From NCBI GenBank assembly GCA_020137815.1, contig CM035361.1, positions 6,510,001 to 6,574,000 of the forward strand: DNA of 64,000 bases, read 5' to 3'. Below, in pieces: positions 41,537-55,000 of this stretch. Under the pieces are notes generated by a model that saw only the letters and a list, made by a program, of their open reading frames with translations, was not told the DNA's origin and searched no databases. Source of the DNA: Hormiphora californensis. Lineage: Eukaryota; Animalia; Ctenophora. Every line of letters starts with the position of its first letter. The first letter of the stretch is position 1. The position numbers and the translations under genes were made by a program.

Positions 41537-44500
41537 ATGTTCTCCGAATTCAAGAACTTTCGTTACCAAAGCTTCAGGCAGCTTAAAAATGACTGTGTGA
41601 AGGCAGATAATTTGTTCAACGATGGCATTTTTGGAGCCGATCACCTGTGTCTTGATATCAATGGATCTATGCAAGACCGAGTGTTACAGTGGCTACGACC
41701 AAAGGTAAATTGACATGTTTGTGTTTACACACATCCAGGGACAGCCTGGAGTAAATAACAAAACCTCTTTAAATCTGGGACCAAACCTGCTCAGATATTT
41801 GTGGAAGTTTTACTCGCTTTCTCTCCAGGACATCTACCCGGATCCCAAGCTAGGAACTGGAGGAGTTGATAAAGGGCAATACAGTAGTCCCGCCATTGCG
41901 GCAGCCCTAACTGCGGTTGGGTGCAAACTCTCACTGAAGGAACAAGTAATCGCTAAGGTATAGGAACAATTTCATAAATAATATATTTGTAGTGGGGCAT
42001 TTTCACCAAGAAATATCATGTTATTTAGATTTTCTAGTTAGTCACGACTTTTGAACTGCTAATATAATTCCACCGAATCTAACTCTCCTTTCAGGACCAG
42101 GAGTGGAATTCAGAGAAACCCCAACTCTACAGGGGGATATTCCACTTCAGATTTCACTACTTCGGGGAGTGGACTGATGTCGTCGTGGATGACCGGCTTC
42201 CAACACAAAAACATAAACTGGTAACTAGTTAATTAATTAATTAAATCAGAGATTAAACTGGTAATAATTGTGTGACATGTGCGGGTAATATTTAGCCCTC
42301 CTTTCATTGTTTGCTGTAGCCCCTCCCCAACAGTAAATGCCGCCCGACATGTGATTGAAATCACCTAATTCCCTATAAGGTCTACATGGGTGGTGAATAT
42401 GCTAACGAATTCTGGCCCGCTCTGGTGGAGAAAGCCTACGCTAAGCTACACGGTGGTTACAACGTCATTAACCTGATCCCCGTAACTGACGTACTAGCAG
42501 ATTTTACAGGTGGGTCCTGGTGGGTCGAGCAGGTGGGTGATGTGTCCTGGTGGGTCGAGCAGGTGGGTCCTGGTGGGTCGAGCAGGTGGGACGAGCAGGT
42601 GGGTCCTGGTGGGCAGGTGGGTGATGGTGGGTCCTGGTGGGTCCTGGTGGGTCCTGGTGGGTCCTGGTGGGACCTGGTGGGTCGAGCAGGTGGGTCCTGG
42701 TGGGTCGAGCAGGTGGGTCATGGTGGGTCCTGGTGGGTCCTGGTGGGTCGAGCAGGTGGGTGATGGGTCCTGGTGGGTCCTGGTAGGTCGAGCAGGTGGG
42801 TCCTGGTGGGTCCTGGTGAGCAGGTGGGTCCTGGTGGGTCGAGCAGGTGGGTCCTGGTGGGTCCTGGTGGGTCCTGGTGGGTCCTGGTGGGTCCTGGTGG
42901 GTCGAGCAGGTGGGTCCTGGTGGTCTCTCCCTTTTAGTGGGTAGTAATTAATTTTCCCTCTCTCCTTTTAGGGGTTTAAATTTTAAAACCCTTCTTCTCC
43001 AGGGGGGTAGGAGAAATTTTTCCCCCTTTCCCCTTTTGGTTTAGGGTTTAAACCCAACCCCTTTCCCCCTCCTTTTGTGGTAAAGGTTAAACCCTTTCCC
43101 CTCCCCCAGGTGGTTTTTAGGAAGTTAACCCCCTTTTCCCCCCTCTCTCCAGGGGGTGTTATGAGGTAGTAAGTTAACCTCATTCCCTCTCCCCCGGGGG
43201 GGTTAGGAGGAAATTAAAATTCCCCCTCCCTTTTTAAAGGGGTAAAAAATTTTCCCTCTTTTCCTTTTGGGGGGGGTAGGAAGTTAAACCCCCCCCCCTC
43301 TTCCCCCTTTTTTGGGGGGGTTTAAATTTTTTCTCCTCTTTCCCTTTTACCGGGGGTTTTAGGTAATCTACTCCTCTCCCCTCTCAGGTGTGTTAAATAG
43401 TATAATCTACCTCTTCTCCCTCTCTACCGGTGGGTAGTTAGCTAACCTCATTCCTCTCTCCTCAGGGGGGTTAGGTAAAACCTCATTTTCCTCTCTCTCC
43501 GGTGGGGTTAGTAGGGAGTTAAAACCTCTTTCCTCTCTCTACCGGGGTTGGGGTAGTAATCTAATCCCCTTCTCCTCTCTCTACAGGTGGTGTTTATTTT
43601 ATAAGTTTTAATATCTCCTCTTCTCCGTTTTAGGTGGTTGTAGTTAACCAAATTTTCCTCTCTCTCCCAGGTTAGTGAGGGAGTAGGTCTAAACCCCATT
43701 TCTCCCCCACCAGGTGTTGTGAGGTAGTAAGTCTAACCTCATTCTCCTCTCTCTACCAGGTGGTGTTAGTGAGGTAGTAAGTCTAACCTCATTCTCCTCT
43801 CTCTACCAGGTGGTGTTAGTGAGGTAGTAAGTCTAACCTCATTCTCCTCTCTCTACCAGGTGGTGTTAGTGAGGTAGTAAGTCTAACCTCATTCTCCTCT
43901 CTCTACCAGGTGGTGTTAGTGAGGTAGTAAGTCTAACCTCATTCTCCTCTCTCTACCAGGTGGTGTTAGTGAGGTAGTAAGTCTAACCTCATTCTCCTCT
44001 CTCTACCAGGTGGTGTTAGTGAGGTAGTAAGTCTAACCTCATTCTCCTCTCTCTACCAGGTGGTGTTAGTGAGGTAGTAAGTCTAACCTCATTCTCCTCT
44101 CTCTACCAGGTGGTGTTAGTGAGGTAGTAAGTCTAACCTCATTCTCCTCTCTCTACCAGGTGGTGTTAGTGAGGTAGTAAGTCTAACCTCATTCTCCTCT
44201 CTCTACCAGGTGGTGTTAGTGAGGTAGTAAGTCTAACCTCATTCTCCTCTCTCTACCAGGTGGTGTTAGTGAGGTAGTAAGTCTAACCTCATTCTCCTCT
44301 CTCTACCAGGTGGTGTTAGTGAGGTAGTAAGTCTAACCTCATTCTCCTCTCTCTACCAGGTGGTGTTAGTGAGGTAGTAAGTCTAACCTCATTCTCCTCT
44401 CTCTACCAGGTGGTGTTAGTGAGGTAGTAAGTCTAACCTCATTCTCCTCTCTCTACCAGGTGGTGTTAGTGAGGTAGTAAGTCTAACCTCATTCTCCTCT

Positions 44501-47500
44501 CTCTACCAGGTGGTGTTAGTGAGGTAGTAAGTCTAACCTCATTCTCCTCTCTCTACCAGGTGGTGTTAGTGAGGTAGTAAGTCTAACCTCATTCTCCTCT
44601 CTCTACCAGGTGGTGTTAGTGAGGTAGTAAGTCTAACCTCATTCTCCTCTCTCTACCAGGTGGTGTTAGTGAGGTAGTAAGTCTAACCTCATTCTCCTCT
44701 CTCTACCAGGTGGTGTTAGTGAGGTAGTAAGTCTAACCTCATTCTCCTCTCTCTACCAGGTGGTGTTAGTGAGGTAGTAAGTCTAACCTCATTCTCCTCT
44801 CTCTACCAGGTGGTGTTAGTGAGGTAGTAAGTCTAACCTCATTCTCCTCTCTCTACCAGGTGGTGTTAGTGAGGTAGTAAGTCTAACCTCATTCTCCTCT
44901 CTCTACCAGGTGGTGTTAGTGAGGTAGTAAGTCTAACCTCATTCTCCTCTCTCTACCAGGTGGTGTTAGTGAGGTAGTAAGTCTAACCTCATTCTCCTCT
45001 CTCTACCAGGTGGTGTTAGTGAGGTAGTAAGTCTAACCTCATTCTCCTCTCTCTACCAGGTGGTGTTAGTGAGGTAGTAAGTCTAACCTCATTCTCCTCT
45101 CTCTACCAGGTGGTGTTAGTGAGGTAGTAAGTCTAACCTCATTCTCCTCTCTCTACCAGGTGGTGTTAGTGAGGTAGTAAGTCTAACCTCATTCTCCTCT
45201 CTCTACCAGGTGGTGTTAGTGAGGTAGTAAGTCTAACCTCATTCTCCTCTCTCTACCAGGTGGTGTTAGTGAGGTAGTAAGTCTAACCTCATTCTCCTCT
45301 CTCTACCAGGTGGTGTTAGTGAGGTAGTAAGTCTAACCTCATTCTCCTCTCTCTACCAGGTGGTGTTAGTGAGGTAGTAAGTCTAACCTCATTCTCCTCT
45401 CTCTACCAGGTGGTGTTAGTGAGGTAGTAAGTCTAACCTCATTCTCCTCTCTCTACCAGGTGGTGTTAGTGAGGTAGTAAGTCTAACCTCATTCTCCTCT
45501 CTCTACCAGGTGGTGTTAGTGAGGTAGTAAGTCTAACCTCATTCTCCTCTCTCTACCAGGTGGTGTTAGTGAGGTAGTAAGTCTAACCTCATTCTCCTCT
45601 CTCTACCAGGTGGTGTTAGTGAGGTAGTAAGTCTAACCTCATTCTCCTCTCTCTACCAGGTGGTGTTAGTGAGGTAGTAAGTCTAACCTCATTCTCCTCT
45701 CTCTACCAGGTGGTGTTAGTGAGGTAGTAAGTCTAACCTCATTCTCCTCTCTCTACCAGGTGGTGTTAGTGAGGTAGTAAGTCTAACCTCATTCTCCTCT
45801 CTCTACCAGGTGGTGTTAGTGAGGTAGTAAGTCTAACCTCATTCTCCTCTCTCTACCAGGTGGTGTTAGTGAGGTAGTAAGTCTAACCTCATTCTCCTCT
45901 CTCTACCAGGTGGTGTTAGTGAGGTAGTAAGTCTAACCTCATTCTCCTCTCTCTACCAGGTGGTGTTAGTGAGGTAGTAAGTCTAACCTCATTCTCCTCT
46001 CTCTACCAGGTGGTGTTAGTGAGGTAGTAAGTCTAACCTCATTCTCCTCTCTCTACCAGGTGGTGTTAGTGAGGTAGTAAGTCTAACCTCATTCTCCTCT
46101 CTCTACCAGGTGGTGTTAGTGAGGTAGTAAGTCTAACCTCATTCTCCTCTCTCTACCAGGTGGTGTTAGTGAGGTAGTAAGTCTAACCTCATTCTCCTCT
46201 CTCTACCAGGTGGTGTTAGTGAGGTAGTAAGTCTAACCTCATTCTCCTCTCTCTACCAGGTGGTGTTAGTGAGGTAGTAAGTCTAACCTCATTCTCCTCT
46301 CTCTACCAGGTGGTGTTAGTGAGGTAGTAAGTCTAACCTCATTCTCCTCTCTCTACCAGGTGGTGTTAGTGAGGTAGTAAGTCTAACCTCATTCTCCTCT
46401 CTCTACCAGGTGGTGTTAGTGAGGTAGTAAGTCTAACCTCATTCTCCTCTCTCTACCAGGTGGTGTTAGTGAGGTAGTAAGTCTAACCTCATTCTCCTCT
46501 CTCTACCAGGTGGTGTTAGTGAGGTAGTAAGTCTAACCTCATTCTCCTCTCTCTACCAGGTGGTGTTAGTGAGGTAGTAAGTCTAACCTCATTCTCCTCT
46601 CTCTACCAGGTGGTGTTAGTGAGGTAGTAAGTCTAACCTCATTCTCCTCTCTCTACCAGGTGGTGTTAGTGAGGTAGTAAGTCTAACCTCATTCTCCTCT
46701 CTCTACCAGGTGGTGTTAGTGAGGTAGTAAGTCTAACCTCATTCTCCTCTCTCTACCAGGTGGTGTTAGTGAGGTAGTAAGTCTAACCTCATTCTCCTCT
46801 CTCTACCAGGTGGTGTTAGTGAGGTAGTAAGTCTAACCTCATTCTCCTCTCTCTACCAGGTGGTGTTAGTGAGGTAGTAAGTCTAACCTCATTCTCCTCT
46901 CTCTACCAGGTGGTGTTAGTGAGGTAGTAAGTCTAACCTCATTCTCCTCTCTCTACCAGGTGGTGTTAGTGAGGTAGTAAGTCTAACCTCATTCTCCTCT
47001 CTCTACCAGGTGGTGTTAGTGAGGTAGTAAGTCTAACCTCATTCTCCTCTCTCTACCAGGTGGTGTTAGTGAGGTAGTAAGTCTAACCTCATTCTCCTCT
47101 CTCTACCAGGTGGTGTTAGTGAGGTAGTAAGTCTAACCTCATTCTCCTCTCTCTACCAGGTGGTGTTAGTGAGGTAGTAAGTCTAACCTCATTCTCCTCT
47201 CTCTACCAGGTGGTGTTAGTGAGGTAGTAAGTCTAACCTCATTCTCCTCTCTCTACCAGGTGGTGTTAGTGAGGTAGTAAGTCTAACCTCATTCTCCTCT
47301 CTCTACCAGGTGGTGTTAGTGAGGTAGTAAGTCTAACCTCATTCTCCTCTCTCTACCAGGTGGTGTTAGTGAGGTAGTAAGTCTAACCTCATTCTCCTCT
47401 CTCTACCAGGTGGTGTTAGTGAGGTAGTAAGTCTAACCTCATTCTCCTCTCTCTACCAGGTGGTGTTAGTGAGGTAGTAAGTCTAACCTCATTCTCCTCT

Positions 47501-50500
47501 CTCTACCAGGTGGTGTTAGTGAGGTAGTAAGTCTAACCTCATTCTCCTCTCTCTACCAGGTGGTGTTAGTGAGGTAGTAAGTCTAACCTCATTCTCCTCT
47601 CTCTACCAGGTGGTGTTAGTGAGGTAGTAAGTCTAACCTCATTCTCCTCTCTCTACCAGGTGGTGTTAGTGAGGTAGTAAGTCTAACCTCATTCTCCTCT
47701 CTCTACCAGGTGGTGTTAGTGAGGTAGTAAGTCTAACCTCATTCTCCTCTCTCTACCAGGTGGTGTTAGTGAGGTAGTAAGTCTAACCTCATTCTCCTCT
47801 CTCTACCAGGTGGTGTTAGTGAGGTAGTAAGTCTAACCTCATTCTCCTCTCTCTACCAGGTGGTGTTAGTGAGGTAGTAAGTCTAACCTCATTCTCCTCT
47901 CTCTACCAGGTGGTGTTAGTGAGGTAGTAAGTCTAACCTCATTCTCCTCTCTCTACCAGGTGGTGTTAGTGAGGTAGTAAGTCTAACCTCATTCTCCTCT
48001 CTCTACCAGGTGGTGTTAGTGAGGTAGTAAGTCTAACCTCATTCTCCTCTCTCTACCAGGTGGTGTTAGTGAGGTAGTAAGTCTAACCTCATTCTCCTCT
48101 CTCTACCAGGTGGTGTTAGTGAGGTAGTAAGTCTAACCTCATTCTCCTCTCTCTACCAGGTGGTGTTAGTGAGGTAGTAAGTCTAACCTCATTCTCCTCT
48201 CTCTACCAGGTGGTGTTAGTGAGGTAGTAAGTCTAACCTCATTCTCCTCTCTCTACCAGGTGGTGTTAGTGAGGTAGTAAGTCTAACCTCATTCTCCTCT
48301 CTCTACCAGGTGGTGTTAGTGAGGTAGTAAGTCTAACCTCATTCTCCTCTCTCTACCAGGTGGTGTTAGTGAGGTAGTAAGTCTAACCTCATTCTCCTCT
48401 CTCTACCAGGTGGTGTTAGTGAGGTAGTAAGTCTAACCTCATTCTCCTCTCTCTACCAGGTGGTGTTAGTGAGGTAGTAAGTCTAACCTCATTCTCCTCT
48501 CTCTACCAGGTGGTGTTAGTGAGGTAGTAAGTCTAACCTCATTCTCCTCTCTCTACCAGGTGGTGTTAGTGAGGTAGTAAGTCTAACCTCATTCTCCTCT
48601 CTCTACCAGGTGGTGTTAGTGAGGTAGTAAGTCTAACCTCATTCTCCTCTCTCTACCAGGTGGTGTTAGTGAGGTAGTAAGTCTAACCTCATTCTCCTCT
48701 CTCTACCAGGTGGTGTTAGTGAGGTAGTAAGTCTAACCTCATTCTCCTCTCTCTACCAGGTGGTGTTAGTGAGGTAGTAAGTCTAACCTCATTCTCCTCT
48801 CTCTACCAGGTGGTGTTAGTGAGGTAGTAAGTCTAACCTCATTCTCCTCTCTCTACCAGGTGGTGTTAGTGAGGTAGTAAGTCTAACCTCATTCTCCTCT
48901 CTCTACCAGGTGGTGTTAGTGAGGTAGTAAGTCTAACCTCATTCTCCTCTCTCTACCAGGTGGTGTTAGTGAGGTAGTAAGTCTAACCTCATTCTCCTCT
49001 CTCTACCAGGTGGTGTTAGTGAGGTAGTAAGTCTAACCTCATTCTCCTCTCTCTACCAGGTGGTGTTAGTGAGGTAGTAAGTCTAACCTCATTCTCCTCT
49101 CTCTACCAGGTGGTGTTAGTGAGGTAGTAAGTCTAACCTCATTCTCCTCTCTCTACCAGGTGGTGTTAGTGAGGTAGTAAGTCTAACCTCATTCTCCTCT
49201 CTCTACCAGGTGGTGTTAGTGAGGTAGTAAGTCTAACCTCATTCTCCTCTCTCTACCAGGTGGTGTTAGTGAGGTAGTAAGTCTAACCTCATTCTCCTCT
49301 CTCTACCAGGTGGTGTTAGTGAGGTAGTAAGTCTAACCTCATTCTCCTCTCTCTACCAGGTGGTGTTAGTGAGGTAGTAAGTCTAACCTCATTCTCCTCT
49401 CTCTACCAGGTGGTGTTAGTGAGGTAGTAAGTCTAACCTCATTCTCCTCTCTCTACCAGGTGGTGTTAGTGAGGTAGTAAGTCTAACCTCATTCTCCTCT
49501 CTCTACCAGGTGGTGTTAGTGAGGTAGTAAGTCTAACCTCATTCTCCTCTCTCTACCAGGTGGTGTTAGTGAGGTAGTAAGTCTAACCTCATTCTCCTCT
49601 CTCTACCAGGTGGTGTTAGTGAGGTAGTAAGTCTAACCTCATTCTCCTCTCTCTACCAGGTGGTGTTAGTGAGGTAGTAAGTCTAACCTCATTCTCCTCT
49701 CTCTACCAGGTGGTGTTAGTGAGGTAGTAAGTCTAACCTCATTCTCCTCTCTCTACCAGGTGGTGTTAGTGAGGTAGTAAGTCTAACCTCATTCTCCTCT
49801 CTCTACCAGGTGGTGTTAGTGAGGTAGTAAGTCTAACCTCATTCTCCTCTCTCTACCAGGTGGTGTTAGTGAGGTAGTAAGTCTAACCTCATTCTCCTCT
49901 CTCTACCAGGTGGTGTTAGTGAGGTAGTAAGTCTAACCTCATTCTCCTCTCTCTACCAGGTGGTGTTAGTGAGGTAGTAAGTCTAACCTCATTCTCCTCT
50001 CTCTACCAGGTGGTGTTAGTGAGGTAGTAAGTCTAACCTCATTCTCCTCTCTCTACCAGGTGGTGTTAGTGAGGTAGTAAGTCTAACCTCATTCTCCTCT
50101 CTCTACCAGGTGGTGTTAGTGAGGTAGTAAGTCTAACCTCATTCTCCTCTCTCTACCAGGTGGTGTTAGTGAGGTAGTAAGTCTAACCTCATTCTCCTCT
50201 CTCTACCAGGTGGTGTTAGTGAGGTAGTAAGTCTAACCCTCATTCTCTCTTGAGGTAGTAGCTAACTCATTCTCCCTCTCACAGTGGTGTTTGAGTAGTA
50301 ATCTACCCATTCTCCTCTCTCTACCGGTGGTGTTTTGAGGTAGTAAGAGTCCCTCATTCTCCTCTCTCTACCGGTGGTTTGTGGGTATACTAACCTCATC
50401 CCTCTCTCTACCAGTGTGTTAGGAGGTATAGTCTAACCTCATCTCCCCTCTACGGGGGTTGTGAGGTGTAGCTACCCATCCCTCCTCTACCGGTGTTGTG

Positions 50501-51760
50501 AGGTAGTGTCTAACCTCATTCTCCTCTCTCTACCGTGTGTTATGAGGTAGTATCTACCTCATTCTCCTCTCTACCATGGGTGTTTTTATGAGGTATAAGT
50601 CTAACCTTTATTCTCCTCCTCTCCAGGTGGTGTTAGTGAGTAGTAGTCTAACTCATTCCCCTCTCTCTACAGTGGTGTTAGTGGAGGTTTTNNNNNNNNN
50701 NNNNNNNNNNNNNNNNNNNNNNNNNNNNNNNNNNNNNNNNNNNNNNNNNNNNNNNNNNNNNNNNNNNNNNNNNNNNNNNNNNNNNNNNNNNAAGTTAACC
50801 TCATTCTCCTCCTTCCAGGTGTTGTTAGTGAGGGTAGTAAGTCTAACCCTCATTCTCCTCCTCTACCGGGTGGGTTAGTGAGGTAGTAAGTCTAACCTCA
50901 TTTTCCTCTGAAAACCTCTCTGCTGCTGAGGAGTGGGTTCAGTTCTATGAAATGTTGGAGGAATCCCATGCCAACAATACTGTCTTTATTGCTACTAACT
51001 CAAAGGTAAAGTAGTGGCATGACGTCACACTGTGATGTCATAGCTTTGTAAAGGTGAACTGTGACGATATGTGACGAATATGTCTGTGTATAGCAATGAC
51101 ATTGGCTGTGTATGTGATGTAAGTGGAAGGTCGAATAGTGCCAACATGTGTGTTAGGATGAGTTTTGTCATGTGTTGTACTGACTGGGTAGGTAGTTCTG
51201 AAGGGGAGGCCCGGAGGAAGCTAGTTATAATAGGTGCCCAAGGTACAGTGTGTGTATATGGTAGTGTGTAGTTTTCTGTCCATTGTGTTTACTGAACTGG
51301 GCGTTATGTTTAGTATCTAGAAGTGCAACCCCAAGTTTCATAATTGGTAGAAATACAGCTTCCGTTAATCCTATCTTATGTTTTGATGGTAGAAATACAA
51401 TTCTTAGTTATAATCTTATAAACCAAGTCTCCCTAACTCTGGTGTAGTGTGTATACATTTTTGATGTTGTAATGTTGCAATGTAAAGTAACATGTGAACA
51501 ACATGTTAGTAGGACGTGGGGGTAGGTATAGCGTTGTATCACACGCGTCGAATCAATGTAACATGTTCCAAAACAGTGGTGGACATTCAAAGGTATTACA
51601 CAGGGTGGACGAGGAGAGTACTCTGAGAAGGGATCAAGTAACGGTATAAGTGGGTGGCAGAGGTGAAAAAGGGTCTTTATCTCTCTATATATGTATATTC
51701 AGAGATGAGAGACAAGACAGAGAGGAGAGAGAGGAGAGAGCACAGAGCAGAAGAAGAGAG

Positions 51761-51803
<43 letters not shown>

Positions 51804-51941
51804 CGCGAGGCAGAGAGAGAGCATAGAAGCATCTGAGAATAGAGAGAGCACGATATCTCTCTCTCTCTCTGATCTCTCCTATCTCTCTATCTGCCATTAC
51901 TCTCTCGCTCTAGCTCTCTCTCTATCTCTCTCTCTCTCTCT

Positions 51942-52001
<60 letters not shown>

Positions 52002-55000
52002 GGTAAACGTGGGAAGCATGTTCAGTAGAGATTACATCTACTTATTGAAAATGGTATCCCCGACTAGCGAGGGATGGACTGGCCCCTATTCTAATGGTAC
52101 GTCAGATTTTGGAGAGATTTGGTGTAGAGATTGTACACATTACTGATACGGTTAAAAGTAACATTTGAGTTTTTTGTGGGTTATCATAGCGCTGGCAAGC
52201 GCCCGGGGCCCAATCCTCCCTCCCCCCAACCATCCTTCCCTTAAAAATGTCCACTTTCCAAGCATTCTTGCTTCCAGTGAACGGAAAATCGAAATTGCGA
52301 AAAAAAAATTTTTTGAATTTTTTGAAAATTTTTGAAAATTTTGACAGCGCTACTATACTTATTGTCTGAAATCGGCAATTTCAACTTTATTTTAGACAAC
52401 CTTCCCGTTGTCCTACGAACTTGCCGCTTGGTAGTTCGTGTTGCCTTGACACCTAGAGCACACGTTCAAAATTTCATGCAAATCGGAGTTACGGTTTTTA
52501 CGTTACAGAGGGTCGTATTTTAGACAAAATGTCCGTTTTTAGGGTCCCGAACCACCTTGATTGTACCACCTTTTTGCGTACAAAATAGAGGCCACAGTTT
52601 TAAAGCTATCACCATGAAACTTTGGGAGTCGGTAGGTCTAGTGGTGAACCTTGTATTAAAGCTTGGACAGAGAAAACGGACAGTCATAACAAAAGTTATG
52701 ACTGTCTTAAGTTTTCTTTGGCGTTTAAGACGGCCTTCCCGTCGTTCTACAAATACGCCGCTTGGTACGCGGTGTTGCCTTGACATCTTGAACACACGTT
52801 CAAAATTTCAAGCAAATCCGAGTTACGGTTCGTCAGTTATGGGCATCTGACTGTATTAAGATTTAAGACGATTTTCAAAAAAACTTAGAAAAGAGCAAAT
52901 TAAACTATAAATCATGATTTTATCATACATGTTTTTCCAACGTGGGTTAACTGCTGTATTTTCAGATATAATTGGTAGTCATATCTATATTTGTGACTGT
53001 CTTAAATTTAAGACGATTTTAAAAACACCTACAAAGAAGCGATTCAGAGTCTAAATTAACATTGAATCAGATTTAATTTATAAAGCTAGCCTTACTGCCG
53101 CATTTTCAGTTGTAATTGGTAGTCATATCTAGAGTTATGACTGTCTTAAATATAAGACGATTTTAAAAACCACCGAGAAAAGAGCGAATTAGCATCTAGA
53201 ACCTGATTTTATCAGATATACTGATTATTACTGCTTATCCGTGATCATTATTCCGTGACTAATAATCAAAATCATAGTTTAGTCGCGGAGAACTGCAATC
53301 GCTATAAATAACTAACCACGATAACTTGTCGCGAAATAAGTAATATAATAGTAACCAATCGCGGCCGATAGCTAATCGCAGATGGCTAATCGCGATAGCT
53401 AATCGTGATAGCTAATCGCGATAACTAAGATCGCGATAACTTATAACGGATTGATAACTGATAAGTTATCCGCAATTGGTTGTCTGCGATTACTATGATT
53501 ATATTAGTTATTCGTGATTGATATACGAGATTGGATATCTGCGATTATTATGAGGCTACCTAGTACCTACGATTTAAAAAGTCTGCGAATCCTCAATCCG
53601 CGTTTATTAAATTAAGCTAGTATTACAAGATGCATGCAGCATGTCATAGTATAACAAAATGCCTGATACTAGATCCAAAAACCAAACAAGTTTGGTGGAT
53701 AGCCGGGGCCGCAGAAATTAAAAAACATGCGAAAGTTTTGATACATGAACTTTCGGGGCCTGGGGTGCTGTTAAATTCGCGTTTCCATGATAGTCAGCCG
53801 TTCTTTCAAAATACAATATTATTATCATAATAATATTATTCTGTAAAACAGACTCTGAAACGACCCACTGTGCACAGTAAATATATGTGACATGTGTGGA
53901 TGTGACATGTGATAATGTGGAATAAATTAATGGTTTGATCATTGCACTATTTTTCCTGGCGTATAGTTTGAAAATGTTATTGGTTATAATCATGGAAACG
54001 CGAATTTAACAGCACCCCAGGCCCCGAAAGTTCATGTATCAAAACTTTCGCATGTTTTTTAATTTCTGCGGCCCCGGCTATCCACCAAACTTGTTTGGTT
54101 TTTGGATCTAGTCAGTTATTCAGTTATATCACTGATAACAAGGAAAGTGGGAGGTAGTTGGTGTCACAAATACCGCCTCTTATCTCTTTATGCAGTTCTA
54201 GTATATTAGGGCATGCAGGGAGGGGATAATGTCATTTTCCCGCCCTACCCTACTGATATTTTAATTAGTATTCCCACTAACTTTCACTTCCTTACCGAGC
54301 TATATTTGTATCTCAATAATAGATCTGATATTTACCAAGTATGAAGTACATAAATCTAACATCAACTACCAGTAACCACAGGTTTTCTACCCTGTTGGCG
54401 GTGCCTTTTGAGTTTTAACTTTTTCACGATAAAAATAATGATAGTATGTACCACAAAAACAATAATTAGTCAATTAAAATCTAATTAACATATTTCTTTA
54501 GAATCTGTCGAACTGGCACAGCTATCTGACTCCGCCAAGAAAGATATGAAGACAACTAGCACCCGACATTTCTGGATGACTGTTGGAGATTTTATGTCAG
54601 GTATTAATAAGATGATTGGTAATGAAGTTACCTCTCACTATATATGCAACAATAGGGACCTGACTTCGTAACCAAATAAGATGATATGTTGGTGATTGTG
54701 GTAAAATTATTAGCTCCCCCATCCCTATGCATCACTTGTTATGTTCAAACCCTTTGATGCACAGGGATCAGGGAGGGTCGAACAAGGCAAATCATCACCC
54801 CCTCTATAATATCACCCGTAAAATACCCCATTAATTAATTAATTAATTAACTAATTAATTAGCTCTCCCCTACAGAGTTCTCCCACATTATTATAACACA
54901 TGTGATCAACACGTCCATGCTGTCACTCTCCAAAACGTGGCGGTTGGAACAGTTCAGGAGTTGGTGGGGAGATGGAAAGGCGGGAGGATTTAATAATGAT

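Noticed and set aside
42386-42944. Gly/Trp-rich repeat protein (GGSWWVLVG..)
   Set aside because: Read-through from the calpain exon into an intronic minisatellite past the CAG|GTGGGT donor at 42509.
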